A stretch of DNA of 64,000 nucleotides, from contig CAZEDO010000004.1 in NCBI GenBank assembly GCA_964511085.1, forward strand, positions 1,642-65,641, in the 5' to 3' direction. The position numbers and the translations under genes were made by a program. The notes beneath the pieces are model-generated. The model did not search any database, had not been told where the DNA came from, and saw only the letters and a program-made list of their open reading frames with translations. This DNA comes from an uncultured Lentimicrobiaceae bacterium. GTDB lineage: Bacteria; Bacteroidota; Bacteroidia; Bacteroidales; DASVHX01. The stretch's first letter is position 1; every line of letters starts with the position of its first letter. This document shows positions 46,472 through 56,826 of the stretch, piece after piece.

Positions 46472-47096
46472 AGTTCAGAATTTTGGTTGAACAAAAATAG
46501 GGATTATCAGTATATCGGGGATTGCAATGACAATTAAAGCAAGGCATTCCTCTATTCTGTAAAAATATTTATGTCAGAATGTACTAATTAGCCTAATCTT
46601 TAGTATATTGCATCTATATATATCATAATGATTATTCCTATTATTTCATTAAAAGCATCGGGGTATGGATTCCTAAATGATGATTTCAGTTTGTTCTATC
46701 AACAGTACATAACGTCTCGACTATACTTTTATTGACAAATCCGATACCCAAAATCTTGAAGAGACTGTTACTTATTTTGCTTATTCCAGTTATTTAGATA
46801 ACCAGCTTTGGGCAAACCAGTATTTCAAACCCTGGCAGAAACCATGAAGGTTCGGAAATCAAGGTATTCAAAGTTCCTGTAACATTTTCGAATACCAATG
46901 GAAATAACCTGAATGAAAATCTTGTCATTTTATAAAAATGCAGGAATGACTGAACAATATGCGAACCTTGTTGTTCTACTACATAATTATGTGGTATCTA
47001 GGAAGATAATACGTCAAATTCTTTGCATTTTTTCCAGGGAAGTTCGATTCGACAACTAATAATATTATCAATAAAATAGCGGATTAAAAGCAAACA

Positions 47097-48806
47097 ATGA
47101 AAAATTGTACAAACATTTTGGTGAGTTTCAAGAACAGAATGCTCCTTACGATTTCGATATTGATTTTATCAACATTTATATCACAAGAAGTATTATCGCA
47201 AACCTGGTCTCCTTTGGGTAGCGGCATGAATGACTGGGTATATGCATCAATCATTTACAATGGGGAATTAATTGTTGGAGGCAAATTTACTTCAGCCGGA
47301 GGGTTAAGCGCAAATCATATTGCTAAATGGGATGGCACAAGTTGGGCGCCTCTTGGATTGGGAGTTGACGGCAAAGTGAATGCTCTTGCTGTTTACAATG
47401 GTAACCTTATTGCAGCCGGAGAATTTATGAGTGCTGGTGGTATTGGTGTAAATTTTATAGCACAATGGGATGGTACTTCCTGGAATGATGAGTTAGGGGG
47501 TGTAGGTAATACTGTGACTTCACTGGCAGTGTATGGAAATCAGCTTTATGCGGGCGGTTATTTTGTTGAAGCTGACAATACTCCGGTGAACTACATTGCT
47601 AAAAGGGTAAACGGCGGATGGGAGGCATTGGGAAGTGGAATGGGTGGCAGCCAGGGACAAGTAATGACATTGACAGTTTATAATGGTGAACTATACGCTG
47701 GTGGATTTTTTACTACAGCAGGCGGAATGAGTGCAAACCATATAGCAAAATGGAATGGGACATCATGGTCATCCTTGGATACAGGGATAGGTGGAATTGT
47801 ATATACACTGGGCGAATACAATGGAAATTTGATTGCAGGTGGACTATTCCTTTCTGCTGGTTCTTCACCTGCAAATCATATTGCTTCCTGGAATGGAATT
47901 GCCTGGTCCACTCTTGGCAGCGGAATGGCAGGTACATTTTATCAGTATGTATTTGCCCTGTCAGTTTACAACGGTAAGCTTATTGCAGGTGGCTATTTTA
48001 CTTCGTCTGGAGGTGTGTCAACCAATGGCATCGCTCAATGGGATGGTTCATCCTGGAGTGGAATGAATGGTGGTTTCTTTTATCCGGCTAATGTATATGG
48101 CGCTCATACTTTTTGCATTTATGGTTCTGACCTGATTGTGGGTGGTTTATTCACTGCTGCAGGTGGCACTGGGACATCGCATATAGCAGCCTGGAATGAA
48201 TCCTTGCTTACAACACAAACGCTTACTATTACAGCATTCCTGGAGGGCTTTTATAACTCTTTTACCGGTTGGATGAACCAGGCACAAAATACGGATATCA
48301 ATGGTTTTATTGTTAATAATTTCCCTGGAACTATTGTTGATACATTGAGGATACAGCTAGTAGAGGCAACTGCTCCATTTAGCGTTGCCTATGAGTCAGC
48401 AGGAGTTGATCTTAATACGGATGGCAGTATTACGTTAATACTACCTGCTACACTTACCGGATCATATTATATTGTTATTAAGCACCGAAATAGTATTGAG
48501 ACATGGAGTGCCATTCCGATTTCTATAAATGCTGATATTGTTTATTATGATTTTACTGATGCAGCATCTAAGGCTTATGGCAATAACTTAAAACTTATCA
48601 ATGGCATATATTGCATTTTTGGTGGAGACATAAACCAGGATGGTATAATTGACGGTGGCGACATGGCACCTATCGAAAACTCATCGACTGTGGCTGCAAT
48701 TGGCTATTTAGCTGAAGATGCCAACGGTGATGGCCTTGTTGACGGAGGCGACATGGCCATTGTGGATAACAACGCTGCTGCTGCCGTATCCTTAATCACT
48801 CCCTAA
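47097..48806 (+). CDS. secreted beta-propeller-like repeat protein with C-terminal dockerin-like module
   Basis: Signal peptide. About 7 repeats of the pattern YNGxLIAGGxFTSAGGxSANHIAKWDGTSW. The C-terminus has paired Ca-binding loops DINQDGIIDGGDM and DANGDGLVDGGDM. Confidence 0.7.
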   Translation: MKNCTNILVSFKNRMLLTISILILSTFISQEVLSQTWSPLGSGMNDWVYASIIYNGELIVGGKFTSAGGLSANHIAKWDGTSWAPLGLGVDGKVNALAVYNGNLIAAGEFMSAGGIGVNFIAQWDGTSWNDELGGVGNTVTSLAVYGNQLYAGGYFVEADNTPVNYIAKRVNGGWEALGSGMGGSQGQVMTLTVYNGELYAGGFFTTAGGMSANHIAKWNGTSWSSLDTGIGGIVYTLGEYNGNLIAGGLFLSAGSSPANHIASWNGIAWSTLGSGMAGTFYQYVFALSVYNGKLIAGGYFTSSGGVSTNGIAQWDGSSWSGMNGGFFYPANVYGAHTFCIYGSDLIVGGLFTAAGGTGTSHIAAWNESLLTTQTLTITAFLEGFYNSFTGWMNQAQNTDINGFIVNNFPGTIVDTLRIQLVEATAPFSVAYESAGVDLNTDGSITLILPATLTGSYYIVIKHRNSIETWSAIPISINADIVYYDFTDAASKAYGNNLKLINGIYCIFGGDINQDGIIDGGDMAPIENSSTVAAIGYLAEDANGDGLVDGGDMAIVDNNAAAAVSLITP

Positions 48807-48971
48807 GAAATTAACGGAAGAAATTAAACCATAGTTTATTTTTTTCTTGGAATTTGGAATATTTTTTGAGAAAAATGCACGGTTTTATCCCCCATTCCCG
48901 GCATATCAACTGGTTTGCCCCCCGGTTTGCATTATTTTCAAGGATCTTTGGATGTTATTAAAATATAACCG

Positions 48972-48979
48972 TATATTTG
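48972..48979 (+). promoter_or_regulatory. candidate -7 box TATATTTG upstream of rplS
   Basis: It matches TAnnTTTG and lies about 40 nt upstream of the rplS ATG. Confidence 0.35.
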
Positions 48980-49020
48980 CACTCGTTTTTGAAAACCCGC
49001 TACATTAAATACTTAAAGCA

Positions 49021-49377
49021 ATGAGTAAGAAGGAATTAATTGAATACGTGGAAGATCAGTTCATTGAAAAGAAGGATTTCCCGAAGTTTAAAGCAGGTGA
49101 TACCGTTACAGTTCACTACAAAATTAAGGAAGGTGAGAAGGAACGTATCCAGCAATTTCAGGGAGTTGTTCTGCAGCGCTCGGGTCATGGAGCTGTTGAA
49201 ACATTTACAGTTCGCAAAGTTTCCGGAACTACCGGGGTTGAGCGTATTTTCCCCATAGCATCACCCTTTATTGATAAAATTGAACTTAATAAAAGAGGAG
49301 CCGTTCGCCGTGCCCGTATCTTTTATCTTCGTGGTCTTAAAGGCAAGAAAGCCAGGATCAAAGAAAAAAGAGTCTGA
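49021..49377 (+). CDS. rplS: 50S ribosomal protein L19
   Basis: 118 aa with the canonical L19 sequence ([28 protein letters not shown] ... RRARIFYLR). Confidence 0.95.
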   Translation: MSKKELIEYVEDQFIEKKDFPKFKAGDTVTVHYKIKEGEKERIQQFQGVVLQRSGHGAVETFTVRKVSGTTGVERIFPIASPFIDKIELNKRGAVRRARIFYLRGLKGKKARIKEKRV

Positions 49378-49404
49378 TTACCGACTTTCCCAAAAATTCA
49401 AAAA

Positions 49405-49433
49405 TGAGCCCTTTTCAAAGAGGGCTTTTTTTA
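49405..49433 (+). terminator. Rho-independent terminator after rplS
   Basis: Stem AGCCCT / AGGGCT followed by T7. Confidence 0.6.
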
Positions 49434-49503
49434 TGAACGTATCCTAACAATACTTGGTAAATGGTAGGATTTGTGATAATATTGACGCTAAAACGATCTG
49501 ATC

Positions 49504-49683
49504 ATGGAAATTAGACCAATCAAAACAGAAAAAGATTACAATGAAGCTATTCAACGAATTGAGAAGTTATGGGGATCTAAAAAAAACAGTCCAAATGGTG
49601 ATGAGTTAGATATCCTTTGTACGATAGTTGAATCATACGAAATGAAACTTTGCCCAATCCTGCCTCCTAACCCAAAGGGTTAA
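49504..49683 (+). pseudogene. truncated HigA/COG5499-like antitoxin N-terminal fragment (59 codons)
   Basis: MEIRPIKTEKDYNEAIQRIEKLWGSKKNSPNGDELDILCTIVESYE resembles the N-terminal extension of HTH antitoxins. No HTH domain follows, and the reading frame ends in repeat-like sequence. Confidence 0.4.
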
Positions 49684-49849
49684 AAATTCCGGCAGAAATA
49701 TTATTGGCATAGCAGAAATAACACGAATAATTATATTTTTATAATATCTCTGTGCTTCTCAGTGTTCTCCGTGTCTCCGTGGTGTTTCTTTTATTTCATT
49801 TACGAAAGCCTCGATACAATAATACGTATTATCCTAAATCCCATCTACA

Positions 49850-50302
49850 TCAGCAAATGTCAAGAATCTCCATTTTCTTTCCCCTGAAATCAAAGCTATC
49901 CCCCTTCTTTAATCCGTTCATTGCTTTGCAGAGTGGTACGTTCAGCGAAACTGCATAACAGGTGCTTCCTTCAAATTCGACCTTGCCTAAACCTACTGAA
50001 ACAAAAACAATCTGATCATCCAAAAACACCAGCGCCCCAAATCCAACTATGTCAACAAACCTTGTTCCGTCAATCCTCTGCAATAGTAACAATTCCGATT
50101 TCACAGTTTGAAGCTGCTGAGCAAACATATCGTGTTTGGCTAACATTTGGGCACGAAACGAGTCATAACGGTCCTTTGGCGAACCATATTCATTAGCGCT
50201 CTGCTGGGCTTCGTCCATTGCTGCTGAAATATTTTCAGCATTTGCCAGCTTCAACTGAATACACTGCTCCAGCAATTTCTTCTTAAATGCAAGATTATCC
50301 AT
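49850..50302 (-). CDS. GreA/GreB C-terminal-domain-like protein (tentative)
   Basis: 150 aa with an N-terminal coiled-coil-like half and a C-terminal beta-rich half (KGDSFDFRGKKMEI). The family call is from memory of similar Bacteroidota proteins. Confidence 0.45.
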   Translation of the reverse strand: MDNLAFKKKLLEQCIQLKLANAENISAAMDEAQQSANEYGSPKDRYDSFRAQMLAKHDMFAQQLQTVKSELLLLQRIDGTRFVDIVGFGALVFLDDQIVFVSVGLGKVEFEGSTCYAVSLNVPLCKAMNGLKKGDSFDFRGKKMEILDIC

Positions 50303-50386
50303 GAAACTCTAAATAAGATTATAAAATCAAATCAATCCAAATATACGCAGATTTAGATAAATTTGCACAAATCTTACTTAACTTTA

Positions 50387-50929
50387 ATGGAGAATACTAT
50401 TCCTTCTGAACCTGCATATAGCAGGAATGTCCTCGAAATGCTGGCTGTAGCAAACGAGTATTGCCTGTTTGTCGAAAAAGCCGATGAATATACAAAAGAG
50501 GATTTGCTTGGCTTCTTTCAAAAGATTTGCCCGCTGTTGTATATTAAAGGCGCACTTCTTCCTATTATTGATCCGGCGAATCCTGAAGCCAACGAAAGAT
50601 TTGTGCTTGAAGAAAAATGGGAGATCATTTTTAATTCGTTAAGAATGAAATTTCAGCCAACTGACGAATTCTGGTTTGCAGATGACACCTTTGATAAAAG
50701 CCCTGAAATGATTAAAGGAAGCCTGGCAGAACATTTTGCAGATATTTACCAGGATCTGAAGGATTTCGTTATCCTTTACCAAAGGAACTCCCTTGCAGCC
50801 AAAGAGAATGCAGTGGCCGAATGCCGTCGGTTATTCACGAATCATTGGGGGATTCGTATTGTTAATATGCTGAATGCTTTGCATTTCCTTAATTATCCTA
50901 CTATTAAGGAGAACGATAACGTTTTCTGA
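50387..50929 (+). CDS. DUF5063-like hypothetical protein
   Basis: The ATG at 50387 gives MENTIPSEP. About 180 aa, helical. The family call is tentative. Confidence 0.5.
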   Translation: MENTIPSEPAYSRNVLEMLAVANEYCLFVEKADEYTKEDLLGFFQKICPLLYIKGALLPIIDPANPEANERFVLEEKWEIIFNSLRMKFQPTDEFWFADDTFDKSPEMIKGSLAEHFADIYQDLKDFVILYQRNSLAAKENAVAECRRLFTNHWGIRIVNMLNALHFLNYPTIKENDNVF

Positions 50930-51019
50930 TCAACTCAATATATTTTCTTTCTAACATCGCATTCTCCTGAAAAAGGGTACATTTGCAATTATTCATAACG
51001 ATTCTAAATAGTTGACCCA

Positions 51020-53530
51020 TTGAACCTGTTTGATCTCAATCTTGGTGAAAAGGCAGTAATAACGAAGGTTAAAGGGCGTGGCGCTTTCCGCAAGCGAATC
51101 ATTGAAATGGGGTTTGTTATAGGCAAAGAAGTTACTGTCGTTAAAAAAGCTCCGTTAAGAGATCCTGTCGAATACAATATCCTGGGCTATAATGTTTCGC
51201 TGCGAAATAGTGAAGCCAGGCTTATAGAGGTGGGTACTGACCTTGAAAATACATTAGCCCGCAATGTAAACTACAGTGGTACATTTACTTCTGACGAAGT
51301 TTATACTGAAGCTATACACAAAACAAAAATTATTTCAGTTGCGCTGGTTGGCAATCCAAACTCCGGCAAAACAACAATTTTCAATCACGCATCCGGTTCG
51401 CAGGAGCGTGTTGGTAATTACAGCGGGGTAACAATCGACGCCAAAGAAGCCCATTTCAGACTGGACGATTATCTCTTTAATGTAACAGATCTCCCCGGTA
51501 CCTATTCCATTACTGCCTACACACCAGAGGAACTTTTTGTGCGTGGCTTTATTTTCGATAACTATCCTGATGTAGTAGTGAATGTTATTGACGCCAGCAA
51601 CCTTGAACGCAATCTCTACCTTACTACCCAGCTAATTGATATGGATATTAAAGTTGTGGTGGCATTGAACATGTACGATGAATTGCAAAAAAGCGGCGAT
51701 ACGTTGGATCATCAACACCTTGGGCAAATGCTGGGAACTCCATTTGTTCCTACAGTCGGTTCAAAAGGAAAAGGTATTCCTGAGTTGCTCCGCAAAATTA
51801 TAGAAGTGCATGAGGACCGAGAAACTACATCACGCCATGTTCATATAAATTACGGTTTAAGCATTGAAAAGGGGATTAAAGCCATTCAGGAAAAACTTCG
51901 CATAGAAGCTAATCTACCTCTGCTTGATGTGGTATCGTCCAGATATCTCTCCATCAAACTTTTAGAGAAAGACAAGGTTGCTTTTAATCAAATATCACAA
52001 TGTGCGAACAGCATTGAAGTAAGAAGTGTGTGTGCACGCGAAACCCAGCGGATAGAAGCCGAAGGAAATGACGATTGCGAAACATTAATCACGGACGCAA
52101 AATATGGCTACATTTCCGGTGCTCTTGCCGAAACCATGACTCCAAACGAGCATATCCGCAGGAAGAAAAGTGAAATCATAGATATATTTATCACCCATAA
52201 AGTATGGGGCATTCCCATCTTTATCTTCCTGATGTGGCTAACTTTTTATGGCACATTCAAAATTGGCCAATACCCGATGAACTGGATTTCCCTCTTAGTT
52301 GGCTGGAGCTCTGATTATCTGCAAACCTATATGGCCGAAGGCATGCTGAAGGATTTGCTTATCCAGGGGATAATAGCAGGCGTAGGCGGTGTACTAACAT
52401 TTCTTCCGAATATAGTACTGCTCTATCTTTTCATTTCACTGATGGAGGATACCGGATACCTTGCCAGGGCTGTGTTTATTATGGATAAAGCAATGCATAA
52501 AATCGGGCTGCATGGCAAATCATTTATTCCATTACTCATGGGATTTGGTTGTAATGTGCCGGCAATTTTATCAACCAGGATAATTGAAAGCCGGCGGGAC
52601 AGGCTTATTACAATGCTTATTAACCCATTCATGTCCTGCAGTGCCCGTCTGCCGGTATATATCTTATTTATTACTGCTTTCTTCAGTAGCTACCAGGGGA
52701 CAATTTTGTTTTCCATGTATGCTATCGGGGTTTTACTGGCTATTTTATCTTCATTATTATTTCAAAAAACCTTATTCAAAGCCGCTGAAGTTCCTTTTGT
52801 AATGGAACTCCCACCCTATCGTGTACCCACAGCCAGAAGCGTTCTGAAACATATGTGGTACAGGGCACAGCAGTATCTTCGCAAGATTGCCGGCATCATC
52901 CTCATCGCTTCTATCGTGATTTGGGCACTTGGCTATTTTCCACATACTTCTGATAAAACAGCTGCTATAGATGCTAAAATTGCCAGCTTGCAAAGCCAAG
53001 CTGCAAAGGAAGTTCATATCACAAAGAATAACCGGCAACTAATTCAATCACTTGATGCAACGAATAAACAAGCCATTGACGATCTATATCAACAGCAGCA
53101 TGCCATTCAGCAGCAAAATTCATACATTGGGATGATCGGCTCTTTTATAGAACCTGCAATGCGCCCTCTTGGTTTTGATTGGAAAATGAGCGTTGCATTA
53201 CTCTCCGGTGTTGCTGCAAAAGAAGTTGTTGTGGGCACACTTGGAGTGCTCTACCATGCTGATGGAAAAGCATCCGGTTCCTTGATCAGTAAATTGCAGC
53301 AACAAACGATTTCCAGTGGCCGGCAGCAAGGCAAAAAAGTTTTTAACCCATTGGTAGCATTCAGTTTTATGCTGTTCATCCTGATTTACTTTCCCTGCAT
53401 CGGAGTGGTAGCCGCCATCCGAAAGGAATCTGGCCATACTAAATGGGCGGTATTTGTAGTTGTTTATACTACCGGATTGGCATATCTTGCTTCGCTATTA
53501 GTTTTCCAGACAGGAAGTTTATTTTTCTGA
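51020..53530 (+). CDS. feoB: ferrous iron transporter, FeoA-FeoB fusion
   Basis: N-terminal FeoA-like SH3 region (KAVITKVKG...), G-domain GNPNSGKTT / DLPGTYS, and a polytopic C-terminal permease. Apparent TTG start. Confidence 0.9.
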   Translation: MNLFDLNLGEKAVITKVKGRGAFRKRIIEMGFVIGKEVTVVKKAPLRDPVEYNILGYNVSLRNSEARLIEVGTDLENTLARNVNYSGTFTSDEVYTEAIHKTKIISVALVGNPNSGKTTIFNHASGSQERVGNYSGVTIDAKEAHFRLDDYLFNVTDLPGTYSITAYTPEELFVRGFIFDNYPDVVVNVIDASNLERNLYLTTQLIDMDIKVVVALNMYDELQKSGDTLDHQHLGQMLGTPFVPTVGSKGKGIPELLRKIIEVHEDRETTSRHVHINYGLSIEKGIKAIQEKLRIEANLPLLDVVSSRYLSIKLLEKDKVAFNQISQCANSIEVRSVCARETQRIEAEGNDDCETLITDAKYGYISGALAETMTPNEHIRRKKSEIIDIFITHKVWGIPIFIFLMWLTFYGTFKIGQYPMNWISLLVGWSSDYLQTYMAEGMLKDLLIQGIIAGVGGVLTFLPNIVLLYLFISLMEDTGYLARAVFIMDKAMHKIGLHGKSFIPLLMGFGCNVPAILSTRIIESRRDRLITMLINPFMSCSARLPVYILFITAFFSSYQGTILFSMYAIGVLLAILSSLLFQKTLFKAAEVPFVMELPPYRVPTARSVLKHMWYRAQQYLRKIAGIILIASIVIWALGYFPHTSDKTAAIDAKIASLQSQAAKEVHITKNNRQLIQSLDATNKQAIDDLYQQQHAIQQQNSYIGMIGSFIEPAMRPLGFDWKMSVALLSGVAAKEVVVGTLGVLYHADGKASGSLISKLQQQTISSGRQQGKKVFNPLVAFSFMLFILIYFPCIGVVAAIRKESGHTKWAVFVVVYTTGLAYLASLLVFQTGSLFF

Positions 53531-53541
53531 AAAATTTTACA

Positions 53542-54243
53542 ATGATACAATTTGAAAACCTGCTGCAAAAACCCCCGAATCTGTTTTACCTGATTCTGTT
53601 ATTTACATTGATTGTTACGAGGATCCCTGTTATTGGAATATATTTCAGGGTAGTGGATACAATGATCCACGAAACAGCTCATGCCTTGATGGCTGTATTT
53701 ACAAGTGGGAAAGTTATTTCAATAAATCTGTTTGCCGATACTTCGGGGAGTACGCTCACAAAATCGCCGAATAGATTCAGCCAGATTCTGGTTGCCTTAG
53801 CCGGCTATCCTGTTTCTTCTGCCACTGCATTACTTATGATTTATCTGGTTAACTCCGGAAATAACCTTCTCGTAATTTTCATACTGGTTTCTATTGCTAT
53901 TTCCGGAATGATTTTGTTCATCCGGAATGGTTATGGATTGGTATGGGCAGGCTCTTTTTGTGTTCTTAATTTCATGGTAATTTACTTTGATAATCAATTA
54001 GTTATTAAATCGTTAAGCATTTTTTACGCGCTGATCATTCTTTCCGATTCTTTAATTGCCCCTTTATACTTACTGGTTTTGAGTGTAACACAATCAGCAA
54101 AAGCCGGTGATGCAGCAAATTTGCAGAAATCCACTTATTTACCGGCAGTAATATGGGCACTTCTATTTTTAGGATTTGCTGTTTACTGCGGATACCTTGC
54201 TGTTTTAATTGGTTTTCCACCGTTTGACATTCACTTTACATAA
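53542..54243 (+). CDS. M50B-like membrane metallopeptidase family protein (tentative)
   Basis: The ATG at 53542 avoids overlap with feoB. HETAHALMA (HExxH) lies in the first TM region, and the protein is polytopic. Confidence 0.5.
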   Translation: MIQFENLLQKPPNLFYLILLFTLIVTRIPVIGIYFRVVDTMIHETAHALMAVFTSGKVISINLFADTSGSTLTKSPNRFSQILVALAGYPVSSATALLMIYLVNSGNNLLVIFILVSIAISGMILFIRNGYGLVWAGSFCVLNFMVIYFDNQLVIKSLSIFYALIILSDSLIAPLYLLVLSVTQSAKAGDAANLQKSTYLPAVIWALLFLGFAVYCGYLAVLIGFPPFDIHFT

Positions 54244-54262
54244 GCAAAATAATCTTTTCAGC

Positions 54263-54451
54263 ATGATACAAGAAATCATCACATATATAATCCTGGCAGG
54301 AACTTTGGGCTATATCGCTTATAAAATATTTTTCAATAAATTGGAAAAATCAAAGAGTTGCGGAGGTTGCGAATCTAGTTGTTCAGGTTGTGAGCTGACC
54401 AAATTAAAAGGCAGATTGAAGTCGCACGAAAAAACAAACTTTAGATATTAA
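54263..54451 (+). CDS. FeoB-associated Cys-rich small membrane protein
   Basis: 62 aa from the ATG at 54263, with one TM helix followed by CGGCESSCSGC. Confidence 0.55.
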   Translation: MIQEIITYIILAGTLGYIAYKIFFNKLEKSKSCGGCESSCSGCELTKLKGRLKSHEKTNFRY

Positions 54452-54521
54452 CGGATTTCACTATCAATCAAAACTTTCGAGTTTTATAACTAGGGAAAGC
54501 CAATCTCAGATAGGAACAGAT

Positions 54522-55556
54522 CTATTTCGATAATTTATCCAACCTGTTCAACCCTTCAATCGCATTAGGATAATTGGGGGTTATTTTAAGAGCCTTTTCA
54601 TAATCAAGGTGTGCTTTGGCAGCATCTCCAGCCAGTTCATAACAGTATCCCCTGTTGAAGTATGCTTCTAAATATTTTGGGTCAATTTTTATTGCTTTGG
54701 TAAAAAACTCAGCACCTTCTTTGAACTTATTAAGGTACACCAGGTTAACATATCCGGAATTGTAATAAGGGAGCTTATTTGCAGAATCCAGGTTGATCAT
54801 CCGTTTATAAATTGCCAGTGACTGATCAGGTTGATTGTTTTCCTGGTAAAACATTCCAAGCATATATAGCGTCTCTTTATTCGTTGGCTTAATATTTAAA
54901 GCACTATTGAAATATCCTGCTGCCAGTGAGCTTTTCTTCAAAGCATACAGCGAGCCAAGTTCAATATATGCTTCAAAGTATTGTGGGTCAAGTGCTACTG
55001 CTTTCTGGAAACTCTCAACAGCTTTAATCGTATCGCCATTTTCTTCCAGGGCAAATCCTCTCAGGAAATAGGCTTTTGCATTGTTTGGGTCAAGATTAAG
55101 GACCTTATTAATATTCTCACCGGTCTTTTCATAATCTTTCATTACCAGGTACAATTTTGCCAATCTCACATAAGCTTCGGTGTATTTATTGTCAATAGAA
55201 ATAGATTTGTGAATAGCTTCCAAAGCTTTGCCAGGCTTACCCTGCAAAAGATAGATATCCGATAATGTTAAATAGTTTATCGGTAATCTGGCATCAAGTG
55301 TAATTGCTTTATTTACATCGGAAAGTGCATTGTTGAGCTTTTCAGATTTGATATATAATTCTGCCCGCTGGTTGTATAAAGCAGCATTCTTACTATCGTC
55401 TGCTATTTTTTTATTGATTTCAGTTAATTGCTTTGCCAGATCATTTTCCAGATCGGAAGTAATTATTTTTTCTGAATGGTTTTTGCATCCGGTTATAGAA
55501 ATTGAAACAACTACAAGCGATATAATAATAGAAACGGAGGAAATAACCTTTTTCAT
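54522..55556 (-). CDS. tetratricopeptide repeat lipoprotein
   Basis: Lipobox ITGC and repeated TPR consensus (A..Y..RG......G....A...F.KA..L.P). Confidence 0.8.
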   Translation of the reverse strand: MKKVISSVSIIISLVVVSISITGCKNHSEKIITSDLENDLAKQLTEINKKIADDSKNAALYNQRAELYIKSEKLNNALSDVNKAITLDARLPINYLTLSDIYLLQGKPGKALEAIHKSISIDNKYTEAYVRLAKLYLVMKDYEKTGENINKVLNLDPNNAKAYFLRGFALEENGDTIKAVESFQKAVALDPQYFEAYIELGSLYALKKSSLAAGYFNSALNIKPTNKETLYMLGMFYQENNQPDQSLAIYKRMINLDSANKLPYYNSGYVNLVYLNKFKEGAEFFTKAIKIDPKYLEAYFNRGYCYELAGDAAKAHLDYEKALKITPNYPNAIEGLNRLDKLSK

Positions 55557-55580
55557 CTGACGTGACCTTAACTTATAATT

Positions 55581-55620
55581 TTATAATAAAACTCCCCTCT
55601 TTATTAATAAAAGAGAGGAG
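55581..55620 (-). terminator. Rho-independent terminator after recA
   Basis: Stem CTCCTCTCTT / AAGAGGGGAG on the minus strand (one mismatch), followed by TTTTATT. Confidence 0.5.
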
Positions 55621-55647
55621 TATATTTATTTTCAGATTATTATAATT

Positions 55648-56661
55648 TTAGCTTTTTGCTATTAGTGCTTCGCGGACTTTACCTTCAAGTTCTTCGCATA
55701 AATCAGGATTATCAGCAAGTAGTTTTTTGAGTGAATCGCGCCCCTGTCCAAGTTTTGTTTCGCCATAGCTAAACCATGAACCACTCTTTTTGATAATGTT
55801 ATTGTCCACTCCAATATCAATTATTTCCCCCAGTTTGGAGATTCCTTCACCAAACATCAGGTCAAACTCGGCCATACGGAACGGTGGTGCCACTTTGTTC
55901 TTCACTACTTTAACCCTTACACGGTTACCCACCGCATTGTCTCCATCCTTAATCTGGCTTGTCCTGCGAATATCCAAACGAATAGAAGCATAGAATTTAA
56001 GCGCATGACCACCCGTTGTAGTTTCGGGGTTACCGAACATTACACCGATTTTTTCGCGAAGCTGATTAATAAAAATACAACAACAACCCGTTCTGCTGAT
56101 ATTTGCAGTTAATTTACGCAATGCCTGCGACATCAGCCGGGCCTGCAAACCAACTTTCGAATCACCCATTTCACCTTCAATTTCGCTTTTGGGAGTAAGC
56201 GCGGCTACGGAGTCGATCACAATAATATCGATGGCTCCCGAGCGGATGAGGTTATCCGCTATTTCCAAAGCCTGTTCGCCGTTATCCGGTTGTGATACAA
56301 GTAAATCATCAATATTAACACCAAGTTTCTGGGCATAAAAACGATCAAAGGCATGCTCTGCATCAATAAAAGCAGCTATACCACCATTTTTCTGAGACTC
56401 GGCAATGGCATGTATTGCAAGTGTTGTCTTACCTGAGGATTCCGGCCCGAAAATTTCAACGACTCTTCCTTTTGGAAGTCCACCAACTCCAAGAGCAACA
56501 TCAAGCCCAATTGATCCGGTAGAAATAGTTGCCATATCTTCTATCGGAGAATCGCCCAATTTCATTACGGTACCTTTACCATAGGTCTTTTCTAACTTAT
56601 CCAATGTAAGTTGTAAGGCTTTTAACTTTTCAACGTTGGGATTCTGTGCTTCTTTGCTCAT
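55648..56661 (-). CDS. recA: recombinase RecA
   Basis: Walker [10 protein letters not shown] and canonical RecA sequence throughout. Confidence 0.97.
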   Translation of the reverse strand: MSKEAQNPNVEKLKALQLTLDKLEKTYGKGTVMKLGDSPIEDMATISTGSIGLDVALGVGGLPKGRVVEIFGPESSGKTTLAIHAIAESQKNGGIAAFIDAEHAFDRFYAQKLGVNIDDLLVSQPDNGEQALEIADNLIRSGAIDIIVIDSVAALTPKSEIEGEMGDSKVGLQARLMSQALRKLTANISRTGCCCIFINQLREKIGVMFGNPETTTGGHALKFYASIRLDIRRTSQIKDGDNAVGNRVRVKVVKNKVAPPFRMAEFDLMFGEGISKLGEIIDIGVDNNIIKKSGSWFSYGETKLGQGRDSLKKLLADNPDLCEELEGKVREALIAKS

Positions 56662-56826
56662 ATGCTTTTTACTATATTTTAGAAGTGGATACGGTTAGTT
56701 TCTAACTTTAGCAAAGTTAGGTAAATAAAAAACCGGAAAGGTAATTCCCGGAAATTTATTACTGTGAAAAATTATTAATACAGCATTTCATTAATTTCTC
56801 CTTAGAAAGCTACTCTGTAAAAATAC

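Noticed and set aside
46472-47096. Possible SAM-type or other riboswitch upstream of the PLP-dependent Cys/Met enzyme, or a decayed gene in the 625-bp gap
   Set aside because: I could not find SAM-I or SAM-II consensus elements, or any convincing conserved helices, by eye. The question remains unresolved without an Rfam scan, so I make no call.
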